Assembly: GCA_012839865.1 (NCBI GenBank) | Contig: DUMO01000063.1 | Location: 1-64,000 of the forward strand | DNA from: Clostridiaceae bacterium | GTDB taxonomy: Bacteria; Bacillota; Clostridia; CAYPLH01; DUMO01 | Length of the DNA stretch: 64,000 nt | Reading direction: 5' to 3' | Shown: positions 18,097 through 29,175 of the stretch, one piece after another | Layout: the number at the start of each line of letters is the position of its first letter | Numbering within the stretch: position 1 is the stretch's first letter | The notes under the pieces: generated by a model | Told to the model about the DNA's origin: nothing | What the model saw: the letters and a program-made list of their open reading frames with translations, nothing else | Databases searched by the model: none | Program-made: the position numbers and the translations under genes

Positions 18097-18606
18097 TTAT
18101 TTCATCCTGACCTTTGCGAGGATGCTGACTCCCTTTTTTGTCGCAACCTGTTTGCTTAGCAAAGCACTGTCCAGGTTTTCAGAGACTTTCCTTATTGCAA
18201 CAATTTTCCCCTCTCCTGAGGAACTTGCATCAATCTCGACTATATCGCCGTTTTTAACCTTTAGGACTACAAATTTGTTGTCAAAGGAACCGGCAAAACT
18301 TCCATTCAGCAAAACATGAATGTCTTCCCTGCTTTCCTCCCCCAAAATCTCAACAACCAGTTCTCCTTCCTCATAAAGGTATTCCTCTACACCCAGTAAA
18401 GCGCCTTCCATATCCCTGTTTTTTAAAAAAACAGAACTCAGACCGGGAAAGTGAAATACAATTTGGACAAGCATCAAAATTAAAAAAAATACAATAAAAA
18501 ACCCAGTTAGGCTTCTTTCAATCTTTTCTTCAGAAAATACCGGTTTTAAGTTCCTTAAAGCAATATTTTCAAACAGAAACTTCACAATCATTCCTCCATG
18601 GAACAT
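18097..18606 (-). CDS. Hypothetical membrane-anchored protein
   Basis: One N-terminal hydrophobic segment (FFIVFFLILMLVQIVF); start overlaps the upstream stop. Confidence 0.75.
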   Translation of the reverse strand: MFHGGMIVKFLFENIALRNLKPVFSEEKIERSLTGFFIVFFLILMLVQIVFHFPGLSSVFLKNRDMEGALLGVEEYLYEEGELVVEILGEESREDIHVLLNGSFAGSFDNKFVVLKVKNGDIVEIDASSSGEGKIVAIRKVSENLDSALLSKQVATKKGVSILAKVRMK

Positions 18607-19841
18607 CAGTCTTTGGCATTGATGCCTGCCATATATCCCGTCGAAAAGGCTATGGTCAAGTTGAACCCACCGGTATAGCCATCCAGATCAAGGACTTCCC
18701 CGGCTACATAAAGCCCTTTGACGAGTTTTGATTCCATTGTTCCCGGGTTTATTTCATCAACCGACACTCCCCCTGCGGTAACAATTGCTTCTTTCAAGGA
18801 ACGGGAGTTACTGACGGTCAGAGTCAGTTCTTTCATCAATCTGATCATATTCCGCCTTTCTTCTTTTGTTATCTGATTGACGGGCTTATCTTCCGGTATC
18901 CCTGACAATTGTATAAACACCAGTATCATTTTTTTAGGCAGCAAATCATCTAGGGAGTTTTTAAACTGTTTTCTTGAATACTTTTCAAAATCCCTTTGTA
19001 TTCTTTTGTCAAGGGTTTCTTCATTAAGGGCAGGCTTTAAGTCTATTATCAGTTTTATATCTCTGTAACCGTAATCCAGAAGATGCCTGCTTCCGCTTAA
19101 AATTACCGGTCCCGAGACTCCGAAGTGGGTAAACAGCATTTCACCGAAATCAGAATATATATTTTTATTTAGGGAATTACGGAATACAACCTTTACGTTT
19201 TTTAATGAAAGCCCCTGCAAATCTCTGACCCATCCCTCGGAAGTTTCCAGCGGTACCAGGGAAGGTCTCGGGGGTATTATTGTATGGCCCAGCCGGGAAA
19301 GTATTTTATAACCGTCTCCCGTTGATCCGGTTCCCGGGTAACTTGCACCTCCTGTAGTAAGAATAATCCTGTCACAATTAATTATTTCCTCTTTTTCAGT
19401 CTTTACACCCCATACCCTGCCATCACGGCACAATATTTCAGATATGGCCGTGTTATACAATACCTTTACTCCTGCCTGGTGTACAAAATTTTTCAGTACA
19501 GCCACCACATCACTTGACTTGTCGGATTCAGGAAAAACTCTTCCGCCTCTTTCAATCTTGGTCTTAAGACCACGGCTTTCAAAAAAGTCAATAATGTCCT
19601 TGTTGGAAAATGTGTAGAAAGACGAATATAAAAAATTCCCATTGCCGGGAATATTATTAATCAAATCATCAATATCACAGTTGTTTGTAATGTTGCATCT
19701 GCCTTTTCCGGTTATCAGCAGCTTTTTTCCAAGAATATTGTTTTTTTCGCAAATTATCACTTCATTATCAGGTCCGGAAGCGCTGCCTGCCGCCATAAGC
19801 CCTGCAGCACCCCCTCCTATGACCACTATACGTTTTGTCAT
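18606..19841 (-). CDS. NAD(P)/FAD-dependent oxidoreductase, HI0933/BaiN family
   Basis: VIGGGAAGLMAA, KLLITGKGRCNITN, GRVFP, TTGGASYPGTGSTGDG, GEMLFTHFGVSGP, TAGGV, TGGFNL. Confidence 0.93.
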   Translation of the reverse strand: MTKRIVVIGGGAAGLMAAGSASGPDNEVIICEKNNILGKKLLITGKGRCNITNNCDIDDLINNIPGNGNFLYSSFYTFSNKDIIDFFESRGLKTKIERGGRVFPESDKSSDVVAVLKNFVHQAGVKVLYNTAISEILCRDGRVWGVKTEKEEIINCDRIILTTGGASYPGTGSTGDGYKILSRLGHTIIPPRPSLVPLETSEGWVRDLQGLSLKNVKVVFRNSLNKNIYSDFGEMLFTHFGVSGPVILSGSRHLLDYGYRDIKLIIDLKPALNEETLDKRIQRDFEKYSRKQFKNSLDDLLPKKMILVFIQLSGIPEDKPVNQITKEERRNMIRLMKELTLTVSNSRSLKEAIVTAGGVSVDEINPGTMESKLVKGLYVAGEVLDLDGYTGGFNLTIAFSTGYMAGINAKD

Positions 19842-20057
19842 TTATTACCTCCGGTAAAAGTGAATTATATTGCTTGGAAATACGGGTCTTATAAAAAAAG
19901 TGGCTGCTGTACCGGCCCCCTTCCTGGCAATACAAATCATGTGGCATAAGTCAACTTTAATAATCGCTTTGCCGGTACACCTTCAGGGTTATCCAAACCT
20001 CCACTGCCTTGTTGTTCCATTTTAAATCAATATATGGAACTGCTTTCATGTTTTGGA

Positions 20058-20927
20058 TTAATCATTACTTATATTATCTGTCTTTTCATAAACATTGTAT
20101 TCATCCCATATGGCTTCCAGGTTTGTAAGGGTTTCATACAACTGTTCCTTCCTGCTCATGCCAACTGCCACAATTAACGCATTTATTACACTTAAGGGTG
20201 CCACCAGGGAATCTGCAAATGAAGCCATATCGCTTCTGGCAAACAAAACCAGGTCTGCAAAAGGTACTATGGGTGATTTGCCGCTATCGGTTATGGCAAT
20301 ACATACAGCACCTTTATTTTTTGCAAACTGCATTGCTTTAACTGTTCTTTTCGAGTACCTTGGGAATGTAATACCTAACAGTACATCATCCGAAGACGCT
20401 CTTAATATTTGCTCAAGCATTTCGCTTTCACTTGCTGCATGCAAAAGCTTGACATTGTCAAAAATCAGGTTGAAGTAAAAACTCAAAAAAACGGCAAGTG
20501 AAGCCGAACTTCTTACTCCTATAATATAAATTCTTTTTGCGTTCAAAATTGCCTTAACCACATTTTTGAAGTTTTCCTGGTCAATACTTTGCAAAGTCTC
20601 TTTAATTTTTATTATGTCTGATTGCAAAATGCTTTTAAGAACATTGCTTTCATCAATAATATTGGTGGATACTTCCATTCTCTGTACTGAAGTTAATTTA
20701 CTTTTTATAAGTTCCTGCAGCATTTTTTGCAGTTCCGGGTACCCGTCAAATCCCAGGGCCGTTGCAAACCTGACTACAGTCGATTCACTAACTCCCGCAG
20801 CTTCTCCAAGTTTGGATGCAGTCATAAACGCTGCTTTATCATAATGATCTATTAAGTACTGGGCAATGCGTTTTTGCCTTTTGCTTAATTCCGGCATTTT
20901 TCTTTCGACTATTTTCAATAAATTCAT
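20058..20927 (-). CDS. MurR/RpiR family transcriptional regulator
   Basis: HTH SKLGEAAGVSESTVVRFATALGFDGY plus SIS domain (IGVRSS, ITFPRYS, AITDS). Confidence 0.93.
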   Translation of the reverse strand: MNLLKIVERKMPELSKRQKRIAQYLIDHYDKAAFMTASKLGEAAGVSESTVVRFATALGFDGYPELQKMLQELIKSKLTSVQRMEVSTNIIDESNVLKSILQSDIIKIKETLQSIDQENFKNVVKAILNAKRIYIIGVRSSASLAVFLSFYFNLIFDNVKLLHAASESEMLEQILRASSDDVLLGITFPRYSKRTVKAMQFAKNKGAVCIAITDSGKSPIVPFADLVLFARSDMASFADSLVAPLSVINALIVAVGMSRKEQLYETLTNLEAIWDEYNVYEKTDNISND

Positions 20928-21282
20928 GAAAGCACTCCCTTAGAGCCAGGATGTAAAAAAACACCCAAAAATTTAAAAATCAAACTTTGTTAATTTGTTC
21001 CATGATACTTTTCAGGGTCTACCTTTAACTCTCTTTTAAAACTTTATTTTGAGAAAAATATCATACCTATAATAGATATAACCACCATACCAATTCCAAT
21101 TCCAAGTATAACACTTTTTAAGTCAAAATTCTTCATTGTCTTTTTAAACCTCCCCTGTAAAAGCGACGGTTTTTACATATCCCGGAATAAACCATTGAAT
21201 GAAAAAAGCGGCAGAAACCTGAAAACACAAGCCTACATTAACTTTCCACCTTTTGCAAAAGAATGATGCAGAATAGTCTTTC

Positions 21283-21990
21283 CTACCTGTGTAAATCAAG
21301 TATGAGTTGAATTTCTCCTCTGCCCATATTGAGATTTCTGGCAATTTCAATTTCACTCATGCCTTTTTCTGAAAGGGCTAAAACTTTCTTATATGTTGGG
21401 TTTGTTATTTTGCTGGCTGATTTCTTATTCTTTTCTTTATGTGTATCTTTAGCTTGTGGATTTTTTGCTTTTTCATACAGCTTTTGTGCTTGCTGATAGG
21501 CAGCCACAGGACTGTTTGAAGCAAACTTTTCCGTATTGCTCAAAGCAGCTTCGATTGATTCAGTATCAATGGAACGCTTAATAACAGTATTGTTTAAAAT
21601 CACCGCATCCTCGTCATGAAGATTCCCGGAAGTATCTCCATAATCCATATTGGCTGATTGCCCGGGGGTATTCGGATTTTTCAAATCTCCTGCTGAATTT
21701 CCGTTTTCCAGCTCTGCCTGAATCTTTGAATACTTGCTGTTGAATACTTCCAGTGTTTGATTAAGCAAAGTATTTTTCTGGTCTGCCTTTGAAAATATGT
21801 ATTCAGATAATTTGTTGAGCTCTTCAATCATTAGGTCCGCATCTTCTATTAAATCCATAAGCTCTTGTTTCTTTTCATCAAAAACCGTAGAGCTTACCTT
21901 TAATTTTTTCCAGTCTGCCAAGACCATGAAAAATGCTGCAAATATCATTGCTGAGCCTATAAGTATGGTTACTGCATAAAACTGATTCAT
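21283..21990 (-). CDS. DUF6115-like protein (N-terminal TM, coiled coil, C-terminal HTH)
   Basis: N-terminal hydrophobic helix; C-terminal KGMSEIEIARNLNMGRGEIQLIL; typical position at the end of clostridial fla/che operons. Confidence 0.75.
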   Translation of the reverse strand: MNQFYAVTILIGSAMIFAAFFMVLADWKKLKVSSTVFDEKKQELMDLIEDADLMIEELNKLSEYIFSKADQKNTLLNQTLEVFNSKYSKIQAELENGNSAGDLKNPNTPGQSANMDYGDTSGNLHDEDAVILNNTVIKRSIDTESIEAALSNTEKFASNSPVAAYQQAQKLYEKAKNPQAKDTHKEKNKKSASKITNPTYKKVLALSEKGMSEIEIARNLNMGRGEIQLILDLHR

Positions 21991-22052
21991 GAAAAATCAC
22001 CTCTTCACTATGTTGCCGTATGCACCAGGAATGCTGTTCATCTTGTGAATAT

Positions 22053-22385
22053 TTACAGCCTTATATCCAATCTGGCTCCACTTTCACCTTGTACTTTTTT
22101 ATCCTGCCTATACATTTCAGATTGCTTTTTATTCCGGTTTCCTTTTTGCTTCCCGTTGTCTTTTGAATATTTATTCCTTTCATTTTCTTTTTCTGAATGA
22201 ATAATCATTTTTTCAATATTTTTGGGGTTATATACCTGCTTCATTTCATTTTCAGCCTTCTTTTGTACACTAATCGCCTGATTCTGCCGTATGGCCATGG
22301 TTCTTGAAAGCTCCTCACTATTTACCTTTGAGGCTTCCAGAGACCTTGGAACTGCAACCTGCATGTCAATAGGTTTTATGGGCAT
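22053..22385 (-). CDS. Conserved hypothetical protein of the fla/che operon tail
   Basis: MPIKPIDMQVAVPRS...GARLDIRL; C-terminal G-x2-[LI]-D-[IV] motif as in related small flagellar-operon proteins. Confidence 0.75.
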   Translation of the reverse strand: MPIKPIDMQVAVPRSLEASKVNSEELSRTMAIRQNQAISVQKKAENEMKQVYNPKNIEKMIIHSEKENERNKYSKDNGKQKGNRNKKQSEMYRQDKKVQGESGARLDIRL

Positions 22386-22460
22386 AAAACCACATCCTTG
22401 TTACTTTTTTTAAAACAGGATTCTTCCCGGCTTGAACCTTGATTAGCCAATCTAAAACCG

Positions 22461-24092
22461 TTACTTTCTATAAGGTCCAATCCTTATATCGGCACCATCC
22501 CGGTACAGGGTGCAAAACTGCAGGTTTTCCTTTACAAACATCTTGCAGGAGCCTATGGTCACGCTGGTTCCCGGGTATAAGAAGTTGTAAACACTGATGG
22601 TGCCCCGTGCTTCTTCCTGCATTTTCTCTTCTATCTCAGCAATTTCAGATTTTATCACATTTAGCCGGCTATTTAGAAAAATTCTTGTTCTTATACTTTT
22701 TGAAAGCATTTCAGACTTTTCCGGAGGTAGCGGGCCTATACCTTGCAATTTTTGCAGCAGTTCAATAACCTGTGAAGTCTTCTTTAAGTCACTCTGTATC
22801 TGGGCTGATTCGTCACGCAAAGCTTTGTACCTTTCTTTAAGATTTGGATCCATGCCTACCTCAATTTCAGTAGCAGTTGCCATAATGGACCCAATAACCT
22901 TGGCAGATATTGCTTTTCCTGCTTTTGCAGATCCACCGACTAAAAGGCCTTTCCTTCCGGAAAGTTCAATCCTGTTCCCGCACCGGACCTGACTGTGCAT
23001 TATAGCATCAGCCTTTATATTGTTTCTTGCATTAACAGTGCTGTTTTCTATATAGGTTGATACAACATCCCCGCCGGCTTCAAGGTATCCTTTGCCCAAT
23101 CCGTGCACACCTCTTCTGATAATTATATCAGCCCCGGCCTTAATTACAGCTCCTTCCACAACACCCCATACTTCCACAAAACCGCCGGCTTCAATTTCAA
23201 AACCGGATAATACATTGCCCCGGACCACAACATTTCCGATAAATTTGATGTTGCCTGTAGAATTATCCACATCCGCCGGTACCTCATAGGTTGCAAAAAC
23301 ACTTACCTTCCCGTCAAGGTATTGTACCTGTCCGTCTATTGAAGCAATAAGCGACAGTTCATCTTCACTTAATTCGACATTTTTACCTTTTGGTATCTTA
23401 ACCTTTTTACCGTTTAAAGCTTTAAGAGTATTACCGGTGACTGTTTTGCCCGGTATCCCTTCTGTCGGAGGAACAATCGTGCATAATTTTTGGCCTTTGG
23501 TTACAGTTTCAATTATGTTTAGATTTCTGAAATCAACATTGCCGTCTTCCAGGATTATAGGCGTGTAATTCCTGTTTAAGTCAAAATGGAATATTACTTT
23601 GCCATCCCTGCCGTTGACCGGCGGATCACCTTCAGCAACCAAAACATTTGTGTCATATACCGGGTTTTGGCCTAAGTCCTGGATGACTTCTTTTTTGATT
23701 CCATGGACAACCCCCTCTGATGAAAGAAGTTTTAAGAGGTCATCCTCTCCCAGGGGTTTTCCTCCTTCAGGTCTTGAAAGTACTACGAATGCCTGCATTT
23801 TATCAAGGCTGAGAATTATTTTTGCTGTCGCGTCTCTAATAATTCCCGGCTTTTCATATGTAACAATCTTTACCGGCTTGGAATTTGAACTTTTTATTGC
23901 ATCAATAATAACTTCTCTTTCATAATTTTTAATCCCTTTATATAACAGCTTGCTTATTATTTCATTAACTTCGGCGCTTAATTCACTTTTTTGAGAATTA
24001 AATACAGTAAGGTATACTCCGTCATCTTTGAAATCCAAACTATAAGTAGCCTTGTTATCCGAAAAAAAATTGTTGCTTGTGTGTTCTGGCAT
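22461..24092 (-). CDS. fapA: FapA (DUF342) family flagellar assembly protein
   Basis: VAEGDPPVNGRDG, VDFRNLNII, DVDNSTGNIKFIGNVVVRGNV, GLLVGG. Confidence 0.88.
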   Translation of the reverse strand: MPEHTSNNFFSDNKATYSLDFKDDGVYLTVFNSQKSELSAEVNEIISKLLYKGIKNYEREVIIDAIKSSNSKPVKIVTYEKPGIIRDATAKIILSLDKMQAFVVLSRPEGGKPLGEDDLLKLLSSEGVVHGIKKEVIQDLGQNPVYDTNVLVAEGDPPVNGRDGKVIFHFDLNRNYTPIILEDGNVDFRNLNIIETVTKGQKLCTIVPPTEGIPGKTVTGNTLKALNGKKVKIPKGKNVELSEDELSLIASIDGQVQYLDGKVSVFATYEVPADVDNSTGNIKFIGNVVVRGNVLSGFEIEAGGFVEVWGVVEGAVIKAGADIIIRRGVHGLGKGYLEAGGDVVSTYIENSTVNARNNIKADAIMHSQVRCGNRIELSGRKGLLVGGSAKAGKAISAKVIGSIMATATEIEVGMDPNLKERYKALRDESAQIQSDLKKTSQVIELLQKLQGIGPLPPEKSEMLSKSIRTRIFLNSRLNVIKSEIAEIEEKMQEEARGTISVYNFLYPGTSVTIGSCKMFVKENLQFCTLYRDGADIRIGPYRK

Positions 24093-24265
24093 CGTTATCT
24101 CCCCTCACATTTTTTGCGGGTGCTTTGCTTTCCATATACAGCTTTGGTTATTCAGGAAATCATAAGCATTTTTGGTTTGGACATGCTCGCATTCTCTTTG
24201 TTACTATACATCATGGTATAGGGCAATGAAAATCCACCGAAGTTTAAAAGTGCTTAGTTAATATT

Positions 24266-25045
24266 TCAGCCATTCAGCAATGTCCTGTGCCTGTTTATTT
24301 TCCCTTTCAGCCTAAATAACGCCTTTGTATGCAACTGCGAAATTCTTGATTCGGATACCTTCATTACTTCACTTATCTCTTTAAGTGTCAATTCTTCAAA
24401 ATAATAAAGCGAAATTACCACTTTTTCCTTCTCTGGGAGATTATCAATCGCTTCACTTAGAATATCTCTCATTTCTACAATCTCAATATAGCTGTCCGGT
24501 TGGGTTTCCCAATCTATGCTATCAGATTTTACTCCCGATTCATTGCATTGCTCCAGGTATTCTTCCAGAGATATGGGATTTGATGAGTTAACACTGTTTA
24601 GTATTTTATAATACTCTTTTAGAGAAACACCCATTCTCTTTGCCACCTCAATGTCGGTAGCAGGCCTTCCGGTTTCAATTTCTATCATGGTGAAAGCGCT
24701 TTCCAGTTCTTTGCCTTTTTGCCGGATTGATCTTGGGGCCCAGTCCATTTCCCTGATGCTGTCCAATATTGCGCCTCTGATTCTGAGGGAAGCATAAGTT
24801 TCAAATTTGACCCCCTTATTTATATCGAACTTGTCTATGGCATCTATTAATCCAAAAACTCCAAAACCAATAAGGTCATCATATTCTACGTTGGAGCCAA
24901 AGTATATGCTAAGTCTTCCGGCGACATATTTTATAAGATAGGAATATTCTATGATTAATCTATCTCTTATGGATTGATCCCTGCATTTTGCATATTGCTT
25001 CCACAGCTCAATTTTTTCTTCGGTGGATAACATAATACACCCCAC
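24266..25045 (-). CDS. sigD: RNA polymerase sigma factor FliA/WhiG (sigma-D)
   Basis: DDLIGFGVFGLIDAIDKFD, KFETYASLRIRGAILD, LTLKEISEVMKVSESRISQLH. Confidence 0.95.
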   Translation of the reverse strand: MGCIMLSTEEKIELWKQYAKCRDQSIRDRLIIEYSYLIKYVAGRLSIYFGSNVEYDDLIGFGVFGLIDAIDKFDINKGVKFETYASLRIRGAILDSIREMDWAPRSIRQKGKELESAFTMIEIETGRPATDIEVAKRMGVSLKEYYKILNSVNSSNPISLEEYLEQCNESGVKSDSIDWETQPDSYIEIVEMRDILSEAIDNLPEKEKVVISLYYFEELTLKEISEVMKVSESRISQLHTKALFRLKGKINRHRTLLNG

Positions 25046-25048
25046 ACA

Positions 25049-25474
25049 TTATTTCTTTTGTACTTTGTAGTTAATTATATCATTTAAATCCCATGGGGAA
25101 AATTCATCCTTCATATTAATCTCAGGCTTCTCAGTATCTGTTTCTTCCTGAACTTTGATATTACTGCCTGCAACAGGTTCATCGTTGTCATCCATCCTGG
25201 GCCTGTAAAAAACCGGTGGCACTTTGCTGCCTGATTCCCCGCTGACAGTTTGACCAGATAGTTTTTCAACACTTTTCTTTTTTTCCGCTATTTCTTTTTC
25301 CAGTTGTTCTACAATTTTTGTATAAAAGATGCCTGCTACGAAAAATACGGCCAGACTTACCGTCATTCTCACATATACTGTCTGTACATCAACCCCTTTA
25401 TAATAACTAACCAATCCGACCAACATAGCAACTATAAAAGCTATTATAAAAGGCAGTTTTTTTATGTATGCCAT
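25049..25474 (-). CDS. Hypothetical membrane protein
   Basis: Two N-terminal hydrophobic helices and an acidic tail; sits between cheD and sigD. Confidence 0.75.
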   Translation of the reverse strand: MAYIKKLPFIIAFIVAMLVGLVSYYKGVDVQTVYVRMTVSLAVFFVAGIFYTKIVEQLEKEIAEKKKSVEKLSGQTVSGESGSKVPPVFYRPRMDDNDEPVAGSNIKVQEETDTEKPEINMKDEFSPWDLNDIINYKVQKK

Positions 25475-25507
25475 TTATGTCTCCTCCAATGGTTGGGTTA
25501 TATTCAA

Positions 25508-25999
25508 TCATATTTTCTTTACACCGTGTCCTATGGTTTTTATGAGCAGAGAACCGTCATTTGAATAAAACTCAATTGTCCGTCCATAGTTGCCGCCGGT
25601 ATCCTCCGAAATTATCGGTATATTCAACTCATTGAGCTTTTCCTTGGCAGATGCAACATTTCTCTCCCCAACATTTAGAATGGAGGAGAGTTTTGAAAAG
25701 GCAAACATTTGAGCTCCCCCTGCAAGTTTTGCAACAATATTCCTAAGCCTTGCACCGTTTCTTTCCATGTCCTCCAAAAGATTTATTATTGCCGTATCAG
25801 CAAATTTTGCAGGGTTTTCGATGCTTCTGGCCTGGCTGCTTGAGGGCAGCATTATATGCGCTAATCCTATCACCTTTCTTTGCGTGTCGAAAAGGGCAAT
25901 TCCAACACAGGAACCAAGCCCAAGTGTAGTCAAAATACCCGGGTACTCAACACATTTCAGATCCGCCATACCAACTCTTAAAATATTCTGCATTACCAA
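25508..25999 (-). CDS. cheD: Chemoreceptor glutamine deamidase
   Basis: VGMAD, TLGLGSCVGIAL, GLAHIMLP, KFADTA, KLAGGAQMF, EDTGGNYGRT. Confidence 0.96.
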   Translation of the reverse strand: MVMQNILRVGMADLKCVEYPGILTTLGLGSCVGIALFDTQRKVIGLAHIMLPSSSQARSIENPAKFADTAIINLLEDMERNGARLRNIVAKLAGGAQMFAFSKLSSILNVGERNVASAKEKLNELNIPIISEDTGGNYGRTIEFYSNDGSLLIKTIGHGVKKI

Positions 26000-26631
26000 A
26001 TAACTCCTAAAGCTCTCATTAGTACACCATATGACTCAATATCTGGCACAAGGAAAAAATCACCGACCACCCTGGTACAACCTTCAGAAAACTCTGTCTC
26101 AATATAAAGCACAGTCTCCCCCAGTTTCCCAAACTCAATGGCAGGAACGCTTAAAATGGCTCCAGCCATATCAATGGAGATGTCGGGCACCGATGGATAC
26201 ACTTTTATGCCTGTCAGTTCCGATAAGGCCGACAGGTAGGAGCTCGCCAGAATGTTGCCGGTTTCCTTCAATGCAGATACTTCTATTTCAGAAAATTCAG
26301 CATTGTCAGCCATTGCCTTGTTATCCATGCCCATAAGCATATTTACAAGAGCACGGGCTGCACTCAAGTCCAGCAAAAATAATATGCATCCTGTCATATC
26401 ACCTTCAATGGCAAGCATTACCCCGACAACCGGATTCTCTGCACAACCAAGAATTTCCGTCACTTCACTGAACTTGAGAATCTTCACCTTAGGTACTTCC
26501 ATATCGATTTTTTTGTTCAACATTTTAGCCAAAGCTGTTATTGCGTTCCCGGAGCCGATGTTGCCGATCTCTTTTAAGATATCCAGGTGCATATCGTTAA
26601 AATTACTAAAACTATTAAAATTACCGGACAT
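25993..26631 (-). CDS. cheC: CheY-P phosphatase
   Basis: DILKEIGNIGSG and SALKETGNILAS motifs; DMAGAIL. Confidence 0.95.
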   Translation of the reverse strand: MSGNFNSFSNFNDMHLDILKEIGNIGSGNAITALAKMLNKKIDMEVPKVKILKFSEVTEILGCAENPVVGVMLAIEGDMTGCILFLLDLSAARALVNMLMGMDNKAMADNAEFSEIEVSALKETGNILASSYLSALSELTGIKVYPSVPDISIDMAGAILSVPAIEFGKLGETVLYIETEFSEGCTRVVGDFFLVPDIESYGVLMRALGVIW

Positions 26632-26634
26632 GGT

Positions 26635-27081
26635 TTACCCTCCTGTTTTCAGGTTAATTATCCTTTCAACATCCAGAAGAGCAATTATTCTTTCTCCTAG
26701 TTTTCCAACGCCGTAAATACATTCATCACTCTGGTTTTCATCAGTGGCTGTAATGTTTTCGATGTTTTCCTCATTAATGCTAAGCACTTCTTTAACCGAA
26801 TCAACTACAACCCCGAACCTTATGTCATCATGTACAACAATAATAATTCTTGTGTCTTCAGTATAATTGTACTCACCCAACCCAAGTCTGTTCATAAGGC
26901 TGACCACGGGTACTACATCACTTCGCAGGTTGATTACTCCCATTATATATCCGGGCGTCTTAGGCACTATTGTTATGGGCATCATTACAGTAATTTCCAT
27001 AACTTCCTGTATATCAATCCCATATTCATTACCTGCCAGGTTAAAGGTAATGAATTGTTTCTCTCTAAGTTTTTGATCCAA
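26635..27081 (-). CDS. cheW: Chemotaxis coupling protein
   Basis: QFITFNLAGNEYGIDI, VPKTPGYIMGVINLRSDVVPV, GVVVDSV; TTG start after AAGGGGTG. Confidence 0.94.
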   Translation of the reverse strand: MDQKLREKQFITFNLAGNEYGIDIQEVMEITVMMPITIVPKTPGYIMGVINLRSDVVPVVSLMNRLGLGEYNYTEDTRIIIVVHDDIRFGVVVDSVKEVLSINEENIENITATDENQSDECIYGVGKLGERIIALLDVERIINLKTGG

Positions 27082-27154
27082 AAAAAGCACCCCTTTCAAC
27101 ACATTAATAAGTTTGTCAAATTGGACAGGTTGTCTTTTTGCTATAATGTCAACA

Positions 27155-29173
27155 TCAGGCAAGTGAATTTATGTCCAGAATAAGGGCTACATTTCCATCT
27201 CCAAGAATCGTTGCACCAGCAATGCATTTTATGCCGGAGCACAGCTTTCCCAGGGATTTTATTACAATTTCCTGCTGTCCCAGTACTTTATCCACAATAA
27301 AACCTGAGAGTTTCTCGCCTTTTTTCACTGTAACAACCGTCAATTCTTTCTTTTCCGAAGTATTCTCTTCCGGAACCTCAAGAACAGAATCAAGCCTTAT
27401 TACCGGAATAACCTGATCACGAAGGAGAATTACTTCTCTTTTTTGTATGTTTCTTATTTCAGAAGGCTTGATTTTTACTATCTGGCTGGTTGAGTTAAGC
27501 GGAATCGCATACTTCTCATTGACCACCTGAACCAGCAAGGCCTGGATAATTGCAAGAGTCAGGGGAAGCCGGATGGTAAATTTCGTACCCCTGCCTTTTT
27601 CAGTTTCCATCTCAATGGAACCGCTCATGGATTCTATTTTTGTCTTGACAACGTCAAGCCCTACGCCTCTGCCGGAAAGGTCGGATACTTCTTTTGCGGT
27701 GCTGAATCCCGGAGTGAAAATCAACTCCATGACTTCTTCCCGGGATAGACTGAACGCATACTCTTCCTTGATAAGTCCTTTTTCTATTGCAGTCTTCCTT
27801 ATAGCGTCCATGTCAAGTCCCTGTCCGTCATCTTCAATTTCTATTACAACACTGTTCCCAACCTGATATGCACGAAGGTAAATATTGCCTTCTTCAGGTT
27901 TATTCATCTTTTTTCTGACTTCTGCCGGTTCAAGCCCGTGGTATGCAGCATTCCTTAAAATATGTATCAAAGGTTCTCCGATCTCATCAATTACCGTACG
28001 GTCAAGTTCCGTTTTTTCACCTGACATCACAAGGTTTATTTTTTTATTTAATTCACGGGCAATGTCCCTTATCATTCTTGGGAAACTGCTGAATACTTTT
28101 TCCAGAGTAACCATCCTGACTTTCATAACTGCGTTATGCAAATTTGTGGCTACTCTTTCAAGATATTCTATTGACTCAACAAATTCACCTGATGTTTGCA
28201 GTGAAGGAATCCCTCCAAGCCTTGTCTTCAAAATAATCAATTCGCTTACAAGATTCATCAGAACATCAAGTCTTTCTATATCGACCCTGACGGTTTTTGA
28301 TGTAATAAGCCTGTTTTTTGCAGTATCATCGGCTGATGCCTTTGTATCGGCATCGTGAGCCAATGACTGGTAAGAATCCTGTTTCTGTTGTGGACTGTAC
28401 CTGGGTGTATACAGTTCAACTTCAACTTTTTCAATTTCAGAAATTGAGTACAGGGCATCAATAAATACTTCTTTTGGCTTTGAAGTAACAACGATGACGG
28501 AAAACTCAAAGTCAAATTTTTCATCCTCAAGGTCCTCCACAGGAGGCTCGGCTTTGATAATTTCGGAATGTTTCTCAAGGGCTTGAAATACTATGAAGGT
28601 ACGTGCAGATTTGAGCAGGCATCCTTTATCCAGGGTGACATTTATCTGAAAAACATTCATTCCCATTTCACGGGCTTTCATAATTACCCCGTATTCATAC
28701 TCATCAGCTTTCAGAAATTCAAAACCAGTTTCACCGTTTTTGATTCTTGCATTTCCGGGTGCATGTCCTTTTGCAGCGCTGCTACCGCCGCTTTCGGAAA
28801 TCAATTTTTCCAGTAATTCAATAATTTTAATATACTTATTATCGCTTTCATTTCCCGTGCTGATAATACTTTCCAGGTGTTCTTCAAGAGAATCAAGGCA
28901 CTTGAAGAGCAAATCCACTATGTAAGGTTCAACCATAATTTTATCTGTTCTGATCAAATCAAGAACATCTTCCATTTTGTGTGTCAGTCCTGACATGGAT
29001 TCAAAGCCCATTGTGCCGGACATGCCTTTTAATGTATGGGCAGACCTGAAAATCTCATTGATTGTCTCTTTATCTTCAGGGTTTTTTTCCAATTGCAACA
29101 ACATCTGAGTCAGGTTCTGCAAATGTTCCCTTGTTTCTTCAATAAAAACTTCAATATACTGTTCTTTTCCCAT
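27155..29173 (-). CDS. cheA: Chemotaxis histidine kinase
   Basis: IFRSAHTLKGMS (P1), P2, dimerisation, HATPase (HILRNA, DDGQGL, FTPGFSTA, GRGVGLDVV) and CheW-like domains. Confidence 0.97.
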   Translation of the reverse strand: MGKEQYIEVFIEETREHLQNLTQMLLQLEKNPEDKETINEIFRSAHTLKGMSGTMGFESMSGLTHKMEDVLDLIRTDKIMVEPYIVDLLFKCLDSLEEHLESIISTGNESDNKYIKIIELLEKLISESGGSSAAKGHAPGNARIKNGETGFEFLKADEYEYGVIMKAREMGMNVFQINVTLDKGCLLKSARTFIVFQALEKHSEIIKAEPPVEDLEDEKFDFEFSVIVVTSKPKEVFIDALYSISEIEKVEVELYTPRYSPQQKQDSYQSLAHDADTKASADDTAKNRLITSKTVRVDIERLDVLMNLVSELIILKTRLGGIPSLQTSGEFVESIEYLERVATNLHNAVMKVRMVTLEKVFSSFPRMIRDIARELNKKINLVMSGEKTELDRTVIDEIGEPLIHILRNAAYHGLEPAEVRKKMNKPEEGNIYLRAYQVGNSVVIEIEDDGQGLDMDAIRKTAIEKGLIKEEYAFSLSREEVMELIFTPGFSTAKEVSDLSGRGVGLDVVKTKIESMSGSIEMETEKGRGTKFTIRLPLTLAIIQALLVQVVNEKYAIPLNSTSQIVKIKPSEIRNIQKREVILLRDQVIPVIRLDSVLEVPEENTSEKKELTVVTVKKGEKLSGFIVDKVLGQQEIVIKSLGKLCSGIKCIAGATILGDGNVALILDINSLA

Positions 29174-29175
29174 CT